Assembly: GCA_049840735.1 (NCBI GenBank)
Contig: JASGJN010000013.1
Span: 192,001-256,000, forward strand
Origin: Anaeromyxobacter sp.
GTDB taxonomy: Bacteria; Myxococcota; Myxococcia; Myxococcales; Anaeromyxobacteraceae
Reading direction: 5' to 3'
DNA length: 64,000 nucleotides
Shown in pieces: positions 28,036 to 42,320 of the stretch (position 1 is its first letter; every line of letters starts with the position of its first letter). The translations under genes and the position numbers were made by a program. The notes under the pieces were generated by a model that did not search any database, was not told the origin of the DNA, and saw only the letters and a program-made list of their open reading frames with translations.

Positions 28036-28997
28036 GGGGTCACCACCGCCTTCACGAAGCCGTCCGGCCGGCGCTCCAGCGCCTCGAACGCCTCGCCGAT
28101 CCGCTCCAGGGGAAAGGGCCGGCAGAGCGGCGCCAGGTCCAGCGCGCCCTCCGCCGCCAGCCGCGCCGCCTCGGCCAGCCCGGCCCGCTGCTCGGCCGCA
28201 TCGCGCACGTGCGCGTTGACCAGCGTGAGCCCGCGCCAGTTCCAGCTGCAGAGGTCCACCGTGCGCAGCCCGTCCTGGTGGAACCCGGCGATCACCAGCC
28301 GCCCCTCGGTCCGGACCGCGCGCGTGGCCAGGTCGAGCGAGGCCTGCTCGCCCACCGCCTCCACCACCACGTCCGCCCCGCGGCCGCCGGTCGCCTCCAG
28401 CACCCAGGCCGCGCCGTCCGCGTCGCCCGTGGCCCGGACCTCCGCCGCGCCCAGCCGGCGGGCCCAGTGGAGCGCGTGCGCGCGGCGGGAGAGCGCCAGC
28501 ACCCGCGCCCCGGCCCGCGCCGCCAGCCGGATCACCCCCAGCCCCAGGAACCCCGCGCCCACCACCGCCACCGTGTCGCCCGGCGCGATCCGGCTGCGCC
28601 GGAACACGTTGACGGCGCACCCCAGCGCCTCGCCCGGGAACGGCCCTGCGAGCCCGGGCGGCAGGCGCACCAGCTGGCTGGCCGGGGCCGCCTCCAGCTC
28701 GGCGAAGGCGGCGCCGGACAGGAGCGCCACCCGGTCCCCCTCCTCCACCCCGACCGCGCCCGGCCCCAGCGCCACCACGCGCCCCCACCCCTCGTGGCCC
28801 GGCGCGCCGGGCGGGAACGGGTAGCGGAACCAGTCCCGCCCCTGCCACGGCACCAGGTTGGAGCCGCAGACGCCGCAGCCCTCGAGGCGCACCAGCGCCT
28901 CACCCGGCCCGGGCGACGGGCGGGCCACCTCGGCCAGCAGGAGCCGCCGCGGTCCGGCCAGGACCGCGGCGCGCATGGTGGACGTCGCCGAGGTCAT
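28032..28997 (-). CDS. Zn-dependent (MDR) dehydrogenase, polyol-dehydrogenase-like
   Basis: CGVCGS, GHEG, VVGAGFLG; lacks structural-Zn lobe; alternative start at 28976. Confidence 0.85.
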   Translation of the reverse strand: MTSATSTMRAAVLAGPRRLLLAEVARPSPGPGEALVRLEGCGVCGSNLVPWQGRDWFRYPFPPGAPGHEGWGRVVALGPGAVGVEEGDRVALLSGAAFAELEAAPASQLVRLPPGLAGPFPGEALGCAVNVFRRSRIAPGDTVAVVGAGFLGLGVIRLAARAGARVLALSRRAHALHWARRLGAAEVRATGDADGAAWVLEATGGRGADVVVEAVGEQASLDLATRAVRTEGRLVIAGFHQDGLRTVDLCSWNWRGLTLVNAHVRDAAEQRAGLAEAARLAAEGALDLAPLCRPFPLERIGEAFEALERRPDGFVKAVVTP

Positions 28998-30050
28998 TCA
29001 GGGGCTCGCCTCCGCCACCGCCGCGGGGCGGGGGCGGAGCGCCTCCTCCAGCCAGGCGTGCAGCCGCGCCACGCCCTCGCGCACGCCCACCCGCGGCGCC
29101 CAGCCGGTGAGCGCGCCGAAGCGGCCCGGGTCGGACACGTACCAGCGCTGATCGGCCAGCCGCCAGTCCTCCAGCAGCACCCGCGGCCGCTCCCCGGTGA
29201 GCCCGCCGACGAGCTCGAGCAGCTCGATCAGGCTGACGGTCTGGAGCGGCCCGCCGCCGATGTTGAAGGCGCGCCCCGCCACCTCGCGCGGCCGCTCGCG
29301 CGCCAGCAGCATCGCGTCCACCAGGTCGTCCACGAAGAGGACGTCGCGCACCTGCTTGCCGTCGCCGTAGAGCGTGATGGGCCGGCCGGCCAGCGCCTGC
29401 AGGAGGAAGTGGGCCACCCAGCCCTGGTCCTCGTTGCCCATCTGCCGGGTGCCGTAGATGCAGCTCATCCGGAAGACCGTGGCCGGCACGCCGTAGGTGC
29501 GCGACCAGTCCAGCACGTACTGCTCGGCTGCGCCCTTGGAGCAGCCGTAGGGCGAGTGGAAGGCGAGGCCCCGCCGCTCGTCGATGCCGCGGGTCAGCGC
29601 CGGATCGACCGGCGCGTACCGCGTCCCCACGTCGGCGAGGGCCACGTCCTCCAGTGCCCCGTAGACCTTGTTGGTGGAGGTGTAGAGCACGAAGGGCGGC
29701 GGGTCCTCCCGGCGCACCGCCTCCAGCAGGTGCAGCGTGCCCAGCGCGTTGACCGCGAAGTCCTGCAGCGGATTGTTGAGCGAGGTGGTCACCGCCACCT
29801 GGGCGGCCAGGTGGAAGACGGCCGCGGCCCCCTCCACCGCCGTCTCCACCGCGGCCCGGTCGCGCACGTCCCCGCGCACCAGCTCCACGCGGTCCCCGTG
29901 CGTCCCCACCAGCCAGGCCAGGTTCCGCTCCACGCCCGGGCGCGAGAGGTTGTCGAGCAGCCGGACCCGCACGCCGGACGAGAGCAGCCGGTGGGCCAGG
30001 TTGGCCCCGATGAAGCCGGCCCCGCCGGTGATGGCGACCCGCCCGCTCAC
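28998..30050 (-). CDS. NAD-dependent epimerase/dehydratase, CDP-paratose 2-epimerase-like
   Basis: TGGAGFIG, HLAAQVAVTTS, STNKVYG, SPYGCSKG, DQGWVAHF. Confidence 0.88.
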   Translation of the reverse strand: MSGRVAITGGAGFIGANLAHRLLSSGVRVRLLDNLSRPGVERNLAWLVGTHGDRVELVRGDVRDRAAVETAVEGAAAVFHLAAQVAVTTSLNNPLQDFAVNALGTLHLLEAVRREDPPPFVLYTSTNKVYGALEDVALADVGTRYAPVDPALTRGIDERRGLAFHSPYGCSKGAAEQYVLDWSRTYGVPATVFRMSCIYGTRQMGNEDQGWVAHFLLQALAGRPITLYGDGKQVRDVLFVDDLVDAMLLARERPREVAGRAFNIGGGPLQTVSLIELLELVGGLTGERPRVLLEDWRLADQRWYVSDPGRFGALTGWAPRVGVREGVARLHAWLEEALRPRPAAVAEASP

Positions 30051-31165
30051 AGCGAGAGTCCCCGCGCGGTCAGCTCGGCGCTGGCCTCGCCCACGCGGTC
30101 GTGGGCGATTCGCCCCTCCAGCCAGTCCGCCAGCCCGGCCAGCCCCTCCTCGAAGGGCACCTGCGGCGCGTAGCCCAGGACCTCGCGCGCGCGGGCGATG
30201 TCGGCGAAGCAGTGCCGGATGTCCCCCACGCGGTACCGGCCGGTCACCTCCGGGCGCAGGTCCTCCCGCCCCAGCGCCACCGCCAGCCGCTCCGCGACCT
30301 CCAGCACCGTGAAGCTCCGGCCGCTGCCCACGTTGAGCACCTGGCCGGCCGCCCGGGGCGCCACCAGCGCGCGCCGGCAGGCCTCGGCCACGTCGCGCAC
30401 GGCCACGAAGTCGCGGCGCTGCAGCCCGTCCTCGTTCACCATCGGTGGTCGCCCGTTGAGGTAGCGCGCGGCGAAGATGGCCAACACCCCGGTGTACGGG
30501 TTGGAGAGCGCCTGCCGGGTGCCGTAGACGTTGAAGAAGCGGAGCGCCACCGCCGGGATGCCGTAGGCCCCGCCCACCAGCAGGCAGAGCCGCTCCTGGT
30601 CGTACTTGGAGAGCGCGTAGACCGAGGCCAGCGCCGGGGCCTTGGTCTCGGGCGTGGGCACCGGCTCGAGCGCCTCGCCCTCCGCCCCGGCCGGCTCCCA
30701 GCGGCGCGCCAGCAGCTGCGCCCGGGTGCGCTCGGCCGTGACCAGCCGGCCGGACGGGTCGCGGTACAGCCCCTCGCCGTACAGGCTCATCGAGGACGCC
30801 ACCACCAGCCGCTCCACCGGCCGCTCGATCAGCGCCTGCAGCAGCACCGCCGTGCCGTGGTCGTTCACCGACACGTAGCGGTCCACCTCGTACATGCTCT
30901 GGCCCACCCCGACGGCGGCGGCCAAGTGGACGACGGCGTCCACGCCCCGGAGGGCCCTGCGCACCGCCTCCGGGTCCCGCACGTCGCCCACCACCAGCTC
31001 CACCTCGCGGGCCAGGTAGCCCGGACGCCCGGCGCCGGGGCCGTGCACCTGCGGTGAAAGCACGTCCAGGGCCCGCACGGTGTCGCCGTGCGCCAGGAGG
31101 TGGTCGGCCAGGTGCGACCCGATGAAGCCCGCCCCGCCGGTGATGAGGATCCGCCGTCCGCTCAT
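30047..31165 (-). CDS. NAD-dependent epimerase/dehydratase
   Basis: TGGAGFIGSH, HLAAAVGVGQSMY, YALSK, QALSNPYTGV, GDIRHC. Confidence 0.9.
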   Translation of the reverse strand: MSGRRILITGGAGFIGSHLADHLLAHGDTVRALDVLSPQVHGPGAGRPGYLAREVELVVGDVRDPEAVRRALRGVDAVVHLAAAVGVGQSMYEVDRYVSVNDHGTAVLLQALIERPVERLVVASSMSLYGEGLYRDPSGRLVTAERTRAQLLARRWEPAGAEGEALEPVPTPETKAPALASVYALSKYDQERLCLLVGGAYGIPAVALRFFNVYGTRQALSNPYTGVLAIFAARYLNGRPPMVNEDGLQRRDFVAVRDVAEACRRALVAPRAAGQVLNVGSGRSFTVLEVAERLAVALGREDLRPEVTGRYRVGDIRHCFADIARAREVLGYAPQVPFEEGLAGLADWLEGRIAHDRVGEASAELTARGLSL

Positions 31166-31431
31166 GAAGGTGTCGCCCGCCCTGGGGCCCGCTCCCAGCC
31201 CCGTTCCCCGAGCGTGAAGGGCGGCCCTCTCCGGTAACGTGGGATCACCTGGGGACCCAGGCAATGCGCGACCCTCGCCCGAGCCCTCTGCGACGGCCCC
31301 CGGGGGCCGCTCGGGGCGTGGCGCGCCCACCGCCGGGCCGTGCGCGCGCGGCCCCCGACGCTGCACTTCCCTGCGAGCGAGAGAGCGCGTGTCCAATGTT
31401 TTGGGGCCAATCAAGGACCCGGCCGCCGCGC

Positions 31432-32542
31432 ATGCCCGATTCGACTGGAGATCGCCTTCTTCGCCTCGAGCCTCGTCTCCGCCTACTGGAACGGGGCCGC
31501 CACCTACTACCGGGGGCTGGCACGCGCGCTCCACGCGCGGGGCCACCGGCTCACCTTCTACGAGCCGGACGCGTTCGACCGGCAGCGCCACCGCGACATC
31601 CCCGACCCGCCCTGGGCCCGGGTGGTGGTCTGGGATCCGGCCGATCCGGCGGACCTGCGCCGCTGCCTCGAGGACGCAGGACGCGCCGACCTGGTGGTGA
31701 AGGCCAGCGGCGTGGGGGTGCACGACGCCCTGCTGGAGGCCGCCGTCCCGGCGCTGCGCCGGCCGGGGAACCTGGTCGCCTTCTGGGACGTGGACGCGCC
31801 GGCCACGCTGGAGCGGCTGGCGCAGGACCCGGCCGACCCGTTCCACCCGCTGGTCCCGCGCTACGACGTGGTCTTCACCTACGGCGGCGGCGACCCGGTG
31901 GTGGCCGCCTACCGCCGGCTGGGCGCGCGCGCCTGCGTCCCCATCTACAACGGCCTCGATCCCGAGACGCACCGCCCGGTGCGGCCGGATCCGCGCTACG
32001 AGGCCGACCTGGCCTTCCTGGGCAACCGGCTGCCCGACCGCGAGGCGCGCGTCGAGGCCTTCTTCCTGGCCGCCGCCGCAGCCCTGCCCGGCCGGCGCTT
32101 CCTGCTGGGCGGGGCGGGCTGGGAGGGCAAGCCGCTGCCCGCCAACGTGCGCCTGCTGGGGCACGTGGGCACCGCCGATCACAACGCGCTCAACGTCACG
32201 CCGCTGGCCGTGCTCAACGTCTCGCGCGAGAGCATGGCGCGCAACGGCTTCTCGCCGGCCACGCGCGTCTTCGAGGCGGCCGGCGCCGGCGCCTGCCTGG
32301 TGACCGACGCCTGGGAGGGGATCGCGCAGTTCCTCGAGCCGGGGCGGGAGGTGCTGGTGGCGCGCGACGGCGAGGAGGTGGCGGCGCACGTCGAGGCGCT
32401 CACGCCGGCTCGCGCCCGGGCCCTCGGCGAGGCGGCGCGCCGCCGGGTGCTGGCGGAGCACACCTACGCGCAGCGCGCCGCGTCGGTGGAGGAGGCGCTG
32501 GGGCTCGTCATCGAGCCGGCGCGGGCGGAGATCGGCGGATGA
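31432..32542 (+). CDS. CgeB-family glycosyltransferase (frameshift ~31440)
   Basis: ATG 31432 joins the main frame (MPDRLEIAFF) if one T is removed from GATTC 31438-31442; SAYWNGAATYYRG, SPATRVFEAAG, HTYAQRA. Confidence 0.85.
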
Positions 32543-33708
32543 CCGCCCGCGGCCTGGACGTCGTCCTGCTGGGGCTCTCGCTCTCCTCTTCCTGGGGCAA
32601 CGGCCACGCCACCACCTACCGCGCGCTGGCCGGGGCGCTCACCGCGGCGGGCCACCGGGTCCACTTCCTGGAGCGCGACGTCCCCTGGTACGCCAGCCAC
32701 CGCGACCTGCCCGCGCCCCCGTACTGCCGGCTCTCGCTCTACGGCAGCCTGGAGGAGCTGCGCGAGCGCCACGGCCGGGCGCTGGCGGACGCCGACCTGG
32801 TGGTGCTCGGCTCCTACGTGCCGGAGGGGCGCGGGGTCGCGCGGCTGGTGCAGGAGCTGGCCCGCGGCGTCACCGCGTTCTACGACATCGACACCCCGGT
32901 GACGGTGGCGGCGCTGGCCCGCGGCGCGTGCGAGTACCTGGAGCCCTCGCAGGTGTGCGGCTTCGACCTCTACCTGTCCTTCACCGGCGGGCCGCTCCTG
33001 GCCAGGCTGGAGCGCGAGCTGGGGGCCCGCGCCGCCCGGCCGCTGTACTGCAGCGCCGATCCCGAGGTGCACCGTCCCAGCCGCCGCCCGCCGCGCTGGG
33101 ACCTGGGCTACGTGGGCACCTACAGCGCCGACCGGCAGCCGGCGCTGGACGCGCTGCTGGTGGCGCCGGCCCGGGCCCGCGCGGCGCGCCGCTTCGTGGT
33201 GGCCGGGCCGCAGTACCCGGCGGCGCTGGACTGGCCCGCCAACGTGGAGCGGATCGAGCACCTGCCGCCCGGCGAGCACGCCGGGTTCTACGGCGCGCAG
33301 CGCTTCACGCTCAACGTCACGCGGGCCGACATGGTGCGGGCAGGCTGGTCGCCTTCGGTGCGGCTCTTCGAGGCCGCCGCCTGCGCCACGCCCATCCTCT
33401 CCGACCGCTGGCCCGGGCTGGAGACGCTCTTCGTGCCCGGGCGCGAGATCCTGCTGGCGCGCGACACGCGCGAGGCGCTGGCGGTGCTGGAGGGGACGAC
33501 GGAGGAGGCCCGCCGCGCGCTGGGCGAGCGGGCCCGGCGGCGGGTGCTGGCCGAGCACACCGCCGATCACCGCGCCGAGGCGCTGGTCGGCTACGTGCAC
33601 GAGGTGAGGGGGCGGGGCGCGCGGCGCGGGGGCGCGGCGCGCACGCTGGGCGGGAGCGCGCGGCGGGAGCCGGAGCCGGAGCCGCCGCTGGCGCAGGGGG
33701 AGGGTTAG
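32539..33708 (+). CDS. CgeB-family glycosyltransferase
   Basis: SSWGNGHATTYR, FYDIDTP, SPSVRLFEAAAC, HTADHRA; ATGA overlap with upstream gene. Confidence 0.88.
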   Translation: MTARGLDVVLLGLSLSSSWGNGHATTYRALAGALTAAGHRVHFLERDVPWYASHRDLPAPPYCRLSLYGSLEELRERHGRALADADLVVLGSYVPEGRGVARLVQELARGVTAFYDIDTPVTVAALARGACEYLEPSQVCGFDLYLSFTGGPLLARLERELGARAARPLYCSADPEVHRPSRRPPRWDLGYVGTYSADRQPALDALLVAPARARAARRFVVAGPQYPAALDWPANVERIEHLPPGEHAGFYGAQRFTLNVTRADMVRAGWSPSVRLFEAAACATPILSDRWPGLETLFVPGREILLARDTREALAVLEGTTEEARRALGERARRRVLAEHTADHRAEALVGYVHEVRGRGARRGGAARTLGGSARREPEPEPPLAQGEG

Positions 33709-33751
33709 GGGTCGCCCGGGAGCCGTGGCGGCGCTGGACGGTGGGGGGGAC

Positions 33752-35074
<1,323 letters not shown>

Positions 35075-35206
35075 CGCCGTCCCCGGAGCGGCGCCGCCGC
35101 CGGGCCACTGGAACGTGCCCCCTTGCGCCAAACGTTGGCGCGACGGATTCCGACGGGCGCAGCTTGACCATGGGCCCGGTGACGGGGCGCGGAGAGGACG
35201 GGGGAC

Positions 35207-37339
35207 ATGGCGGGCGACATCTGGCCAGGGCGCTCGTTCCCGCTCGGGGCGACGCACGACGGCCAGGGCACGCTGTTCGCGGTCTACGCCCGCCACGCCG
35301 AGGCCCTCGAGCTGTGCCTGTTCGACCCCGCCGATCCGCTGCGAGAGACCCGCCGCGTGCGCCTGGCCGAGCGCACCGGCCACGTCTGGCACGCCTACCT
35401 CCCGGGCGTGGGGCCGGGCACGCCCTACGGCTACCGGGCCCACGGGCCGTACGAGCCGGAGGCCGGCCACCGCTACAACCCGGCCAAGCTGCTGATCGAC
35501 CCGTACGCCCGCGCCATCTGCGGCGAGACCGACTTCCGCGGGCCCATCTCCGGCTACGTGCTGGGCGGCCCGGAGGAGGACCTCGCGCCGGACGAGCAGG
35601 ACAGCGCCGGCCACGTGCCGCGCTCGGTGGTGGTGGGGAACCACTTCGACTGGGGCGACGACCGGCCTCCCGACCACCCGTGGCACCGCTCGATCATCTA
35701 CGAGGCGCACGTCCGCGGGTTCACCATGCGTCACCCCGAGGTCCCGCCGGAGCTGCGCGGGACCTACGCCGGCCTGGCCTCCCCGCCGGCCGTCGAGCAC
35801 CTGGTGCGGCTGGGCGTGACCGCGCTGGAACTGCTGCCGGTGCACGAGTACGTGGACGACCCGTTCCTGCAGGGGAAGGGGCTGGTCAACTACTGGGGCT
35901 ACTCCACGCTGGGCTACTTCGCGCCGGAGCAGCGCTACGCCTCGCGCGGCTGCATGGGGCAGCAGGTCCACGAGTTCAAGGAGCTGGTCAAGACGCTCCA
36001 CCGCGCCGGGATCGAGGTGATCCTGGACGTGGTCTACAACCACACCGCGGAGGGCAACCACCTCGGCCCCACGCTCTCGCTCAAGGGGCTCGACAACCGC
36101 ACCTACTACCGGCTCACCGGCGAGTCGCCGCGCTACTACATGGACTACACCGGCACCGGGAACTCGCTCGACCTGACGCAGGCGCAGACGCTCAAGCTGG
36201 TCATGGACTCGCTGCGCTACTGGGTCACCGAGATGCGGGTGGACGGCTTCCGCTTCGACCTGGCGGTGACGCTGGCGCGCGACCCCGACCACTTCGACCA
36301 GGCCTCGCGCTTCCTCTGCGCGGTGCAGCAGGATCCGGTGCTGGAGCGGGTGAAGCTGATCGCCGAGCCCTGGGACGTGGGGCCGGGCGGCTACCAGGTG
36401 GGCGCGTTCCCGGTGAACTGGTCGGAGTGGAACGGGAAGTACCGCGACGCCGTGCGCCGCTTCTGGAAGGGGGACGAGAGCCAGACCGGGGAGCTGGGCT
36501 ACCGGCTGACCGGGTCGCCCGACCTGTACGAGCCGGCTGGCCGGAAGATCTTCGCCAGCGTCAACTTCGTCACCGCCCACGACGGCTTCACGCTGCGCGA
36601 CCTGGTCTCCTACGACCGCAAGCACAACGAGGCCAACGGCGAGGGCAACCGCGACGGCACCGACGACAACGCCTCCTGGAACTGCGGCGTGGAGGGCGAG
36701 ACCGGGGATCGGGCCGTGCTCGCGCTGCGCGACCGGCAGGTGCGCAACCTGCTCGCCACCCTGCTGGTCTCGCAGGGCGTCCCCATGATCGTGGCCGGGG
36801 ACGAGATGGGGAAGACGCAGGCCGGGAACAACAACGCCTACTGCCAGGACAACGAGCTCTCCTGGCTGGACTGGGACCTGGACGACCGGCGCCGGGCGCT
36901 GCTGGGGTTCACGCGCCGGCTCGTCCGCATGCGCCTCGAGCAGCCCGTGCTGCAGCGCCGGCGCTTCTTCCGCGGCGACCACCTGTGGGACTCGTCGCTC
37001 AAGGACCTGGCCTGGTTCCGGCCGGACGGGACCGAGATGACCGAGGCCGACTGGAAGAAGCCCTTCGCGCGCTCGGTCGCGTTCCTGCTGGGCGGCGACA
37101 CCATCGAGACGCCGGACGAGCGCGGGCAGCGGATCGTGGGGGACAGCCTGCTGGTCCTCCTCAACGCCGACCAGGGGCCCGTGACCTACCGCCTGCCGGA
37201 GGTGGAGTGGGGGCACGCCTGGGAGATCCAGCTCGACACCGCCGGGGCGACCGACCTGAAGCGCGACCTGGTGGAGGCGCGCGGCGACGTCCCGCTGGAG
37301 GCCCGGTCGATGATGATCCTGGCCCGGCGGGCGCGGTAG
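35207..37339 (+). CDS. glgX: Glycogen debranching enzyme (GH13)
   Basis: NYWGY, DVVYNHTAEG, DGFRFDLA, IAEPWD, NFVTAHDGFTL, GNNNAYCQDN. Confidence 0.96.
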   Translation: MAGDIWPGRSFPLGATHDGQGTLFAVYARHAEALELCLFDPADPLRETRRVRLAERTGHVWHAYLPGVGPGTPYGYRAHGPYEPEAGHRYNPAKLLIDPYARAICGETDFRGPISGYVLGGPEEDLAPDEQDSAGHVPRSVVVGNHFDWGDDRPPDHPWHRSIIYEAHVRGFTMRHPEVPPELRGTYAGLASPPAVEHLVRLGVTALELLPVHEYVDDPFLQGKGLVNYWGYSTLGYFAPEQRYASRGCMGQQVHEFKELVKTLHRAGIEVILDVVYNHTAEGNHLGPTLSLKGLDNRTYYRLTGESPRYYMDYTGTGNSLDLTQAQTLKLVMDSLRYWVTEMRVDGFRFDLAVTLARDPDHFDQASRFLCAVQQDPVLERVKLIAEPWDVGPGGYQVGAFPVNWSEWNGKYRDAVRRFWKGDESQTGELGYRLTGSPDLYEPAGRKIFASVNFVTAHDGFTLRDLVSYDRKHNEANGEGNRDGTDDNASWNCGVEGETGDRAVLALRDRQVRNLLATLLVSQGVPMIVAGDEMGKTQAGNNNAYCQDNELSWLDWDLDDRRRALLGFTRRLVRMRLEQPVLQRRRFFRGDHLWDSSLKDLAWFRPDGTEMTEADWKKPFARSVAFLLGGDTIETPDERGQRIVGDSLLVLLNADQGPVTYRLPEVEWGHAWEIQLDTAGATDLKRDLVEARGDVPLEARSMMILARRAR

Positions 37340-37381
37340 CCAGCCAGGCCGGGGTGGCGGCCCCGGCCTGTGGCCGGAGGC

Positions 37382-37593
37382 GGGGCGCAGCCCCCGTGCT
37401 CTGCCGGAGCGCTTCGCGGCCGGCAGGGTGGGGGCCCCAGCGCAGCTGGGGGAGGGGCGCAGCCCTTCCACGCTGGGTGCCGCGCAAGGGCCCATTCCTC
37501 TGTCTGGATGATCCGGGCCCGCAGCGCGGCGGGACCCAGCGCAGCAGGGGTGGGGCCCCGACGGCTCCGCCGGCGGGGCGGGGGCGCAGCCCC
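37382..37593. repeat. Intergenic mosaic of short GC-rich palindromes
   Basis: GGGGCGCAGCCC(C) at 37382, 37454 and 37581; CCCAGCGCAGC(T/A)GGGG twice. Confidence 0.6.
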
Positions 37594-37631
37594 CGTGCAA
37601 TGTCAGCTCCACGTGCCCCCGCCCGTCCGCC

Positions 37632-37637
37632 TATACT
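37632..37637 (+). promoter_or_regulatory. -10 box TATACT, leaderless-type promoter
   Basis: TATACT 8 nt before ATG 37646; no SD. Confidence 0.55.
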
Positions 37638-37645
37638 CCCCGCCC

Positions 37646-39085
<1,440 letters not shown>

Positions 39086-39128
39086 TCACGCCGCCCATTC
39101 GGATTGAGCCTGCGTGATGGGGGGTTAC

Positions 39129-39148
39129 GGGGGGAGAGTTCTCCCCCC
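39129..39148. repeat. GC hairpin (REP-like)
   Basis: GGGGGGAG-AGTT-CTCCCCCC between regulator and glnE. Confidence 0.5.
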
Positions 39149-39279
39149 GAGCTGAGGCGCCGTCAGGCGCCGGATCCTGCTCATGGCGTACGGTTCCGTT
39201 TCGGCATCAACTCGACCGGTCGCCGCCATGAGGGGCCCCGCCGCGAGGCCCGGCGCCCATTCTCCGCTATCATCCCCCC

Positions 39280-42200
39280 GTGCAACTCGCCTCCGTCATC
39301 CCGGGGCTGCCCGAGGCCGCCCCACGCCAGCCCGAGTCGGCCGAGCGCCTGGCCCGCCTCTCCCGCCGCCTCCCCGCCCTCGCCGAGCTCGAGGCCCGCG
39401 TGGCGCTCGCGCCGGACCCGGACCTGGCGCTGGCCGGCGTCGAGCGCTACCTGGACGGCGCCGGGGCGCTGCCCACCGAGCCCGCCCTGCTGGACGCGCT
39501 GGTGCTGCTCTGCGGCGCCTCGCGGATGCTCCCGGCGCTGCTGGCCCGCGCCCCGCACCTGCTCCGCCGCGCCGTCCGCGGCCGCCACCTCACCCGGCCG
39601 CGCACCGAGGCCGAGCTGGTGCGCACGCTGGACCGGGCCGCCCGGCGGCTGGCGCCGGACGACGTGGCCGGCTTCCACGCGCTGCTGCGGCGGCTGCGGG
39701 CGCGCGAGGTGGTGCGCATCTCGCTGCGCGACCTGCGGCGCGCCCGGGTGGACGAGATCACCGGCGAGCTGTCGGCCCTGGCCACCGCCTGCCTCGACGC
39801 CGCCATCCGCTTCCACGACCGGCGCCTGCGCGCCCGCCACGGCCCGCCGGCCGGGCTGGAGGGGAAGCCGCCCGGGGCCGGCTTCTGCGCCCTGGCCATG
39901 GGCAAGCTGGGCGCCCGCGAGCTCAACTTCTCCTCCGACATCGACCTCATCTACGTCTACGACGTGGACGGCCAGACCGTGGGCGAGAGGCCCATCACCC
40001 ACTTCGCCTACTACGCCAAGCTGGCCGAGCATGTCACCGAGGCCATCGCCAAGCCCACCGGCGACGGCTTCGTCTTCCGCGTGGACCTGAACCTGCGCCC
40101 GGACGGGCAGAACGGCCCCATCGTCAACAGCCTGCGGGCCGCCGAGCTCTACTACGAGTCCTTCGGCCGGACCTGGGAGCGGGCCGCGCTGGTCAAGGCC
40201 CGCCCCGCCGCCGGCGACCTGGCGGTGGGCGAGGGCTTCCTCAAGACGCTCCACCCGTTCATCTGGCGGCGCACGCTCGACCTGGGCGTGGTGCAGGAGA
40301 TCCACTCCATGAAGGCGCGCATCGACGCGCGCGCCGGCGCCGAGGGCAAGGACGATCTCAAGCTGGGCAAGGGCGGCATCCGCGAGGCCGAGTTCTTCGT
40401 GACCGCGCTGCAGCTGCTCCACGCCGGCCGCGAGGAGGGGCGCGCCCTGCGCGAACGGCCGGTGATCCCGGCGCTGGACCGGCTCCTCTACGCCGGCATC
40501 GTGCCGGTGAAGGACCGCGACGACCTGGCCGACGCCTACCTGTTCCTGCGCCGCGCCGAGCACCGGGTGCAGATGGTGGACGGGGCGCAGACCCACCGGC
40601 TGCCGCCCGCCGGCGAGCGGCTGGGGCTGGCCCGCTCCATGGGCTATCCGGACGAGCCCGCCTTCGAGGCCGCGCTGGGCGCCCACCGCGACCGGGTGGC
40701 CCGGCTCTTCGGCGGGCTGCTGGGCACCAGCACCGGCGAGGTGCCGCTCGATCCGGAGCTGACCTTGCTGGCCGACGGCGACGTGGAGCGGCCGCGCCGG
40801 GTGGAGATTGCGCTGCGCCGCGGCCTCTCCGACCCGGACCGCGCCATCGCCGCCATCGACCTGATGGCCCGCCGCCCCACCCCGTTCTCGCGGACCGGCG
40901 ACCCCGCCGCGGCCGGTGCGCTCCTCTTCGACGCGCTGGCCACGCCCGACCCGGTGCAGGCGCTCTCGCACCTGGGCGACTTCGCCGCCGCGCTCTCCAA
41001 CCCCGAGCCCTGGTTCCGCATGCTGACCGAGCACCGGCGCGTGGCCCGGCTGCTCCTCTCGCTCTTCGGCACCTCCGACTTCCTCTCCAAGCGCTTCGTG
41101 CGCCACCCCGAGCTGATCGACCTGCTGCTGCGCCAGGACCAGGTGGTGCTGCAGAAGCCGCGCGCCCAGCTGGAGGGCGAGGTGCGGGAGCGGCTGGAGT
41201 CGGTGGACCCGGACCTGCAGCTGGACGAGCGGCTGGAGCGGCAGCTGGGCGAGCTGCGCCGCTACAAGGACCAGGAGGTCCTGCGCATCGCGGTGCACGA
41301 CATCGCCGGCGTGATCGACCTGGCGCAGGTGGCCGGCCAGCTGACCGAGCTGGCCGAGGTGCTGCTCGGGGCCAGCCTGGAGCTGGCCGAGGCCGAGGCC
41401 CGCGCCAAGGGCGTGCTGCCCGAGGGGCGCCTGTGCGTGATCGGCATGGGCAAGCTGGGCGGGCGCGAGCTCGGCTACCACTCCGATTGGACCTGATCTT
41501 CGTCTACCCGGGCGGCGCCACCGCCGGCTACGAGCGCCACGCCCGCCTGGCGCAGCGGCTCATCTCCTTCCTGCAGATGCCGCTGCGCGAGGGGCGGCTC
41601 TACCAGATCGACACCCGCCTGCGCCCCTCCGGCAACCAGGGCGCGCTGGTGATCGGGCTGGAGGCGTTCATCCGCTACCACATGGGCGACGCGCTCCCCG
41701 GCGGCGCGGCCCGCGACGCGGCCGCGGGCGAGGTGCGCTCGCAGCTGTGGGAGCGGCAGGCGCTGCTGCGGGCGCGCCACGTCTCCGGCGACGCCGCCAT
41801 CTTCGAGGAGCTCTCGCGCCGCGTGCTGCAGCCGGTGGTCTACGGCCCGCGGCAGGACCGGGCGGCGCTGGCCGCCGAGATCCGGCGCATGCGCGAGCGG
41901 ATGGAGAGCGAGCTGGCCAGGGAAGCGGCGCGGGGCAAGAACCCCAAGACCGGCCACGGCGGCCTGGTGGACGTCGAGTTCGCCGCCCAGTTCCTGCAGC
42001 TGCTGCACGGCCACGACCACCCGGCCATCCGCACGCCCACCACGCCCGAGGCCCTGGCGCGCCTGCGCGCCGCCGGGCTGCTGCGCGAGGCGGAGCACGC
42101 GGCGCTGGCCCGCGGCTACGGGTTCCTGCGCCGGGTGGAGCTGCGCCTGCGCATCGTGCACGACTACGCCATCGACCACCTGCCCGAGCGCGGCCAGGCC

Positions 42201-42320
42201 CTGGACCAGCTGGCGCGCCGGCTGGGCTACGGCGGCCCCGAGGCCGGCCCGCGCTTCCTGGCCGAGTACGGGCGGGTCACCGCGGCGGTGCGCGAGGCCT
42301 TCGACGCGGTGGTCTCATGA
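39280..42320 (+). CDS. glnE: Glutamine synthetase adenylyltransferase/deadenylase (frameshift ~41488)
   Basis: Two NT domains (MGKLGARELNFSSDID; MGKLGGRELGYHSD[L]DLIF), RVDLNLRPDG, IDTRLRPSG. Confidence 0.94.

Noticed and set aside
31261..31275. Sigma-54 promoter (GG-N10-GC, minus strand) for the left glyco-operon
   Set aside because: TTGC is present but the -24 element lacks TGGCAC; too weak at this GC content
35110..35136. ECF/EcfG-like promoter GGAAC...CGTT before glgX
   Set aside because: The 18-nt spacer is longer than typical and there is only a single instance
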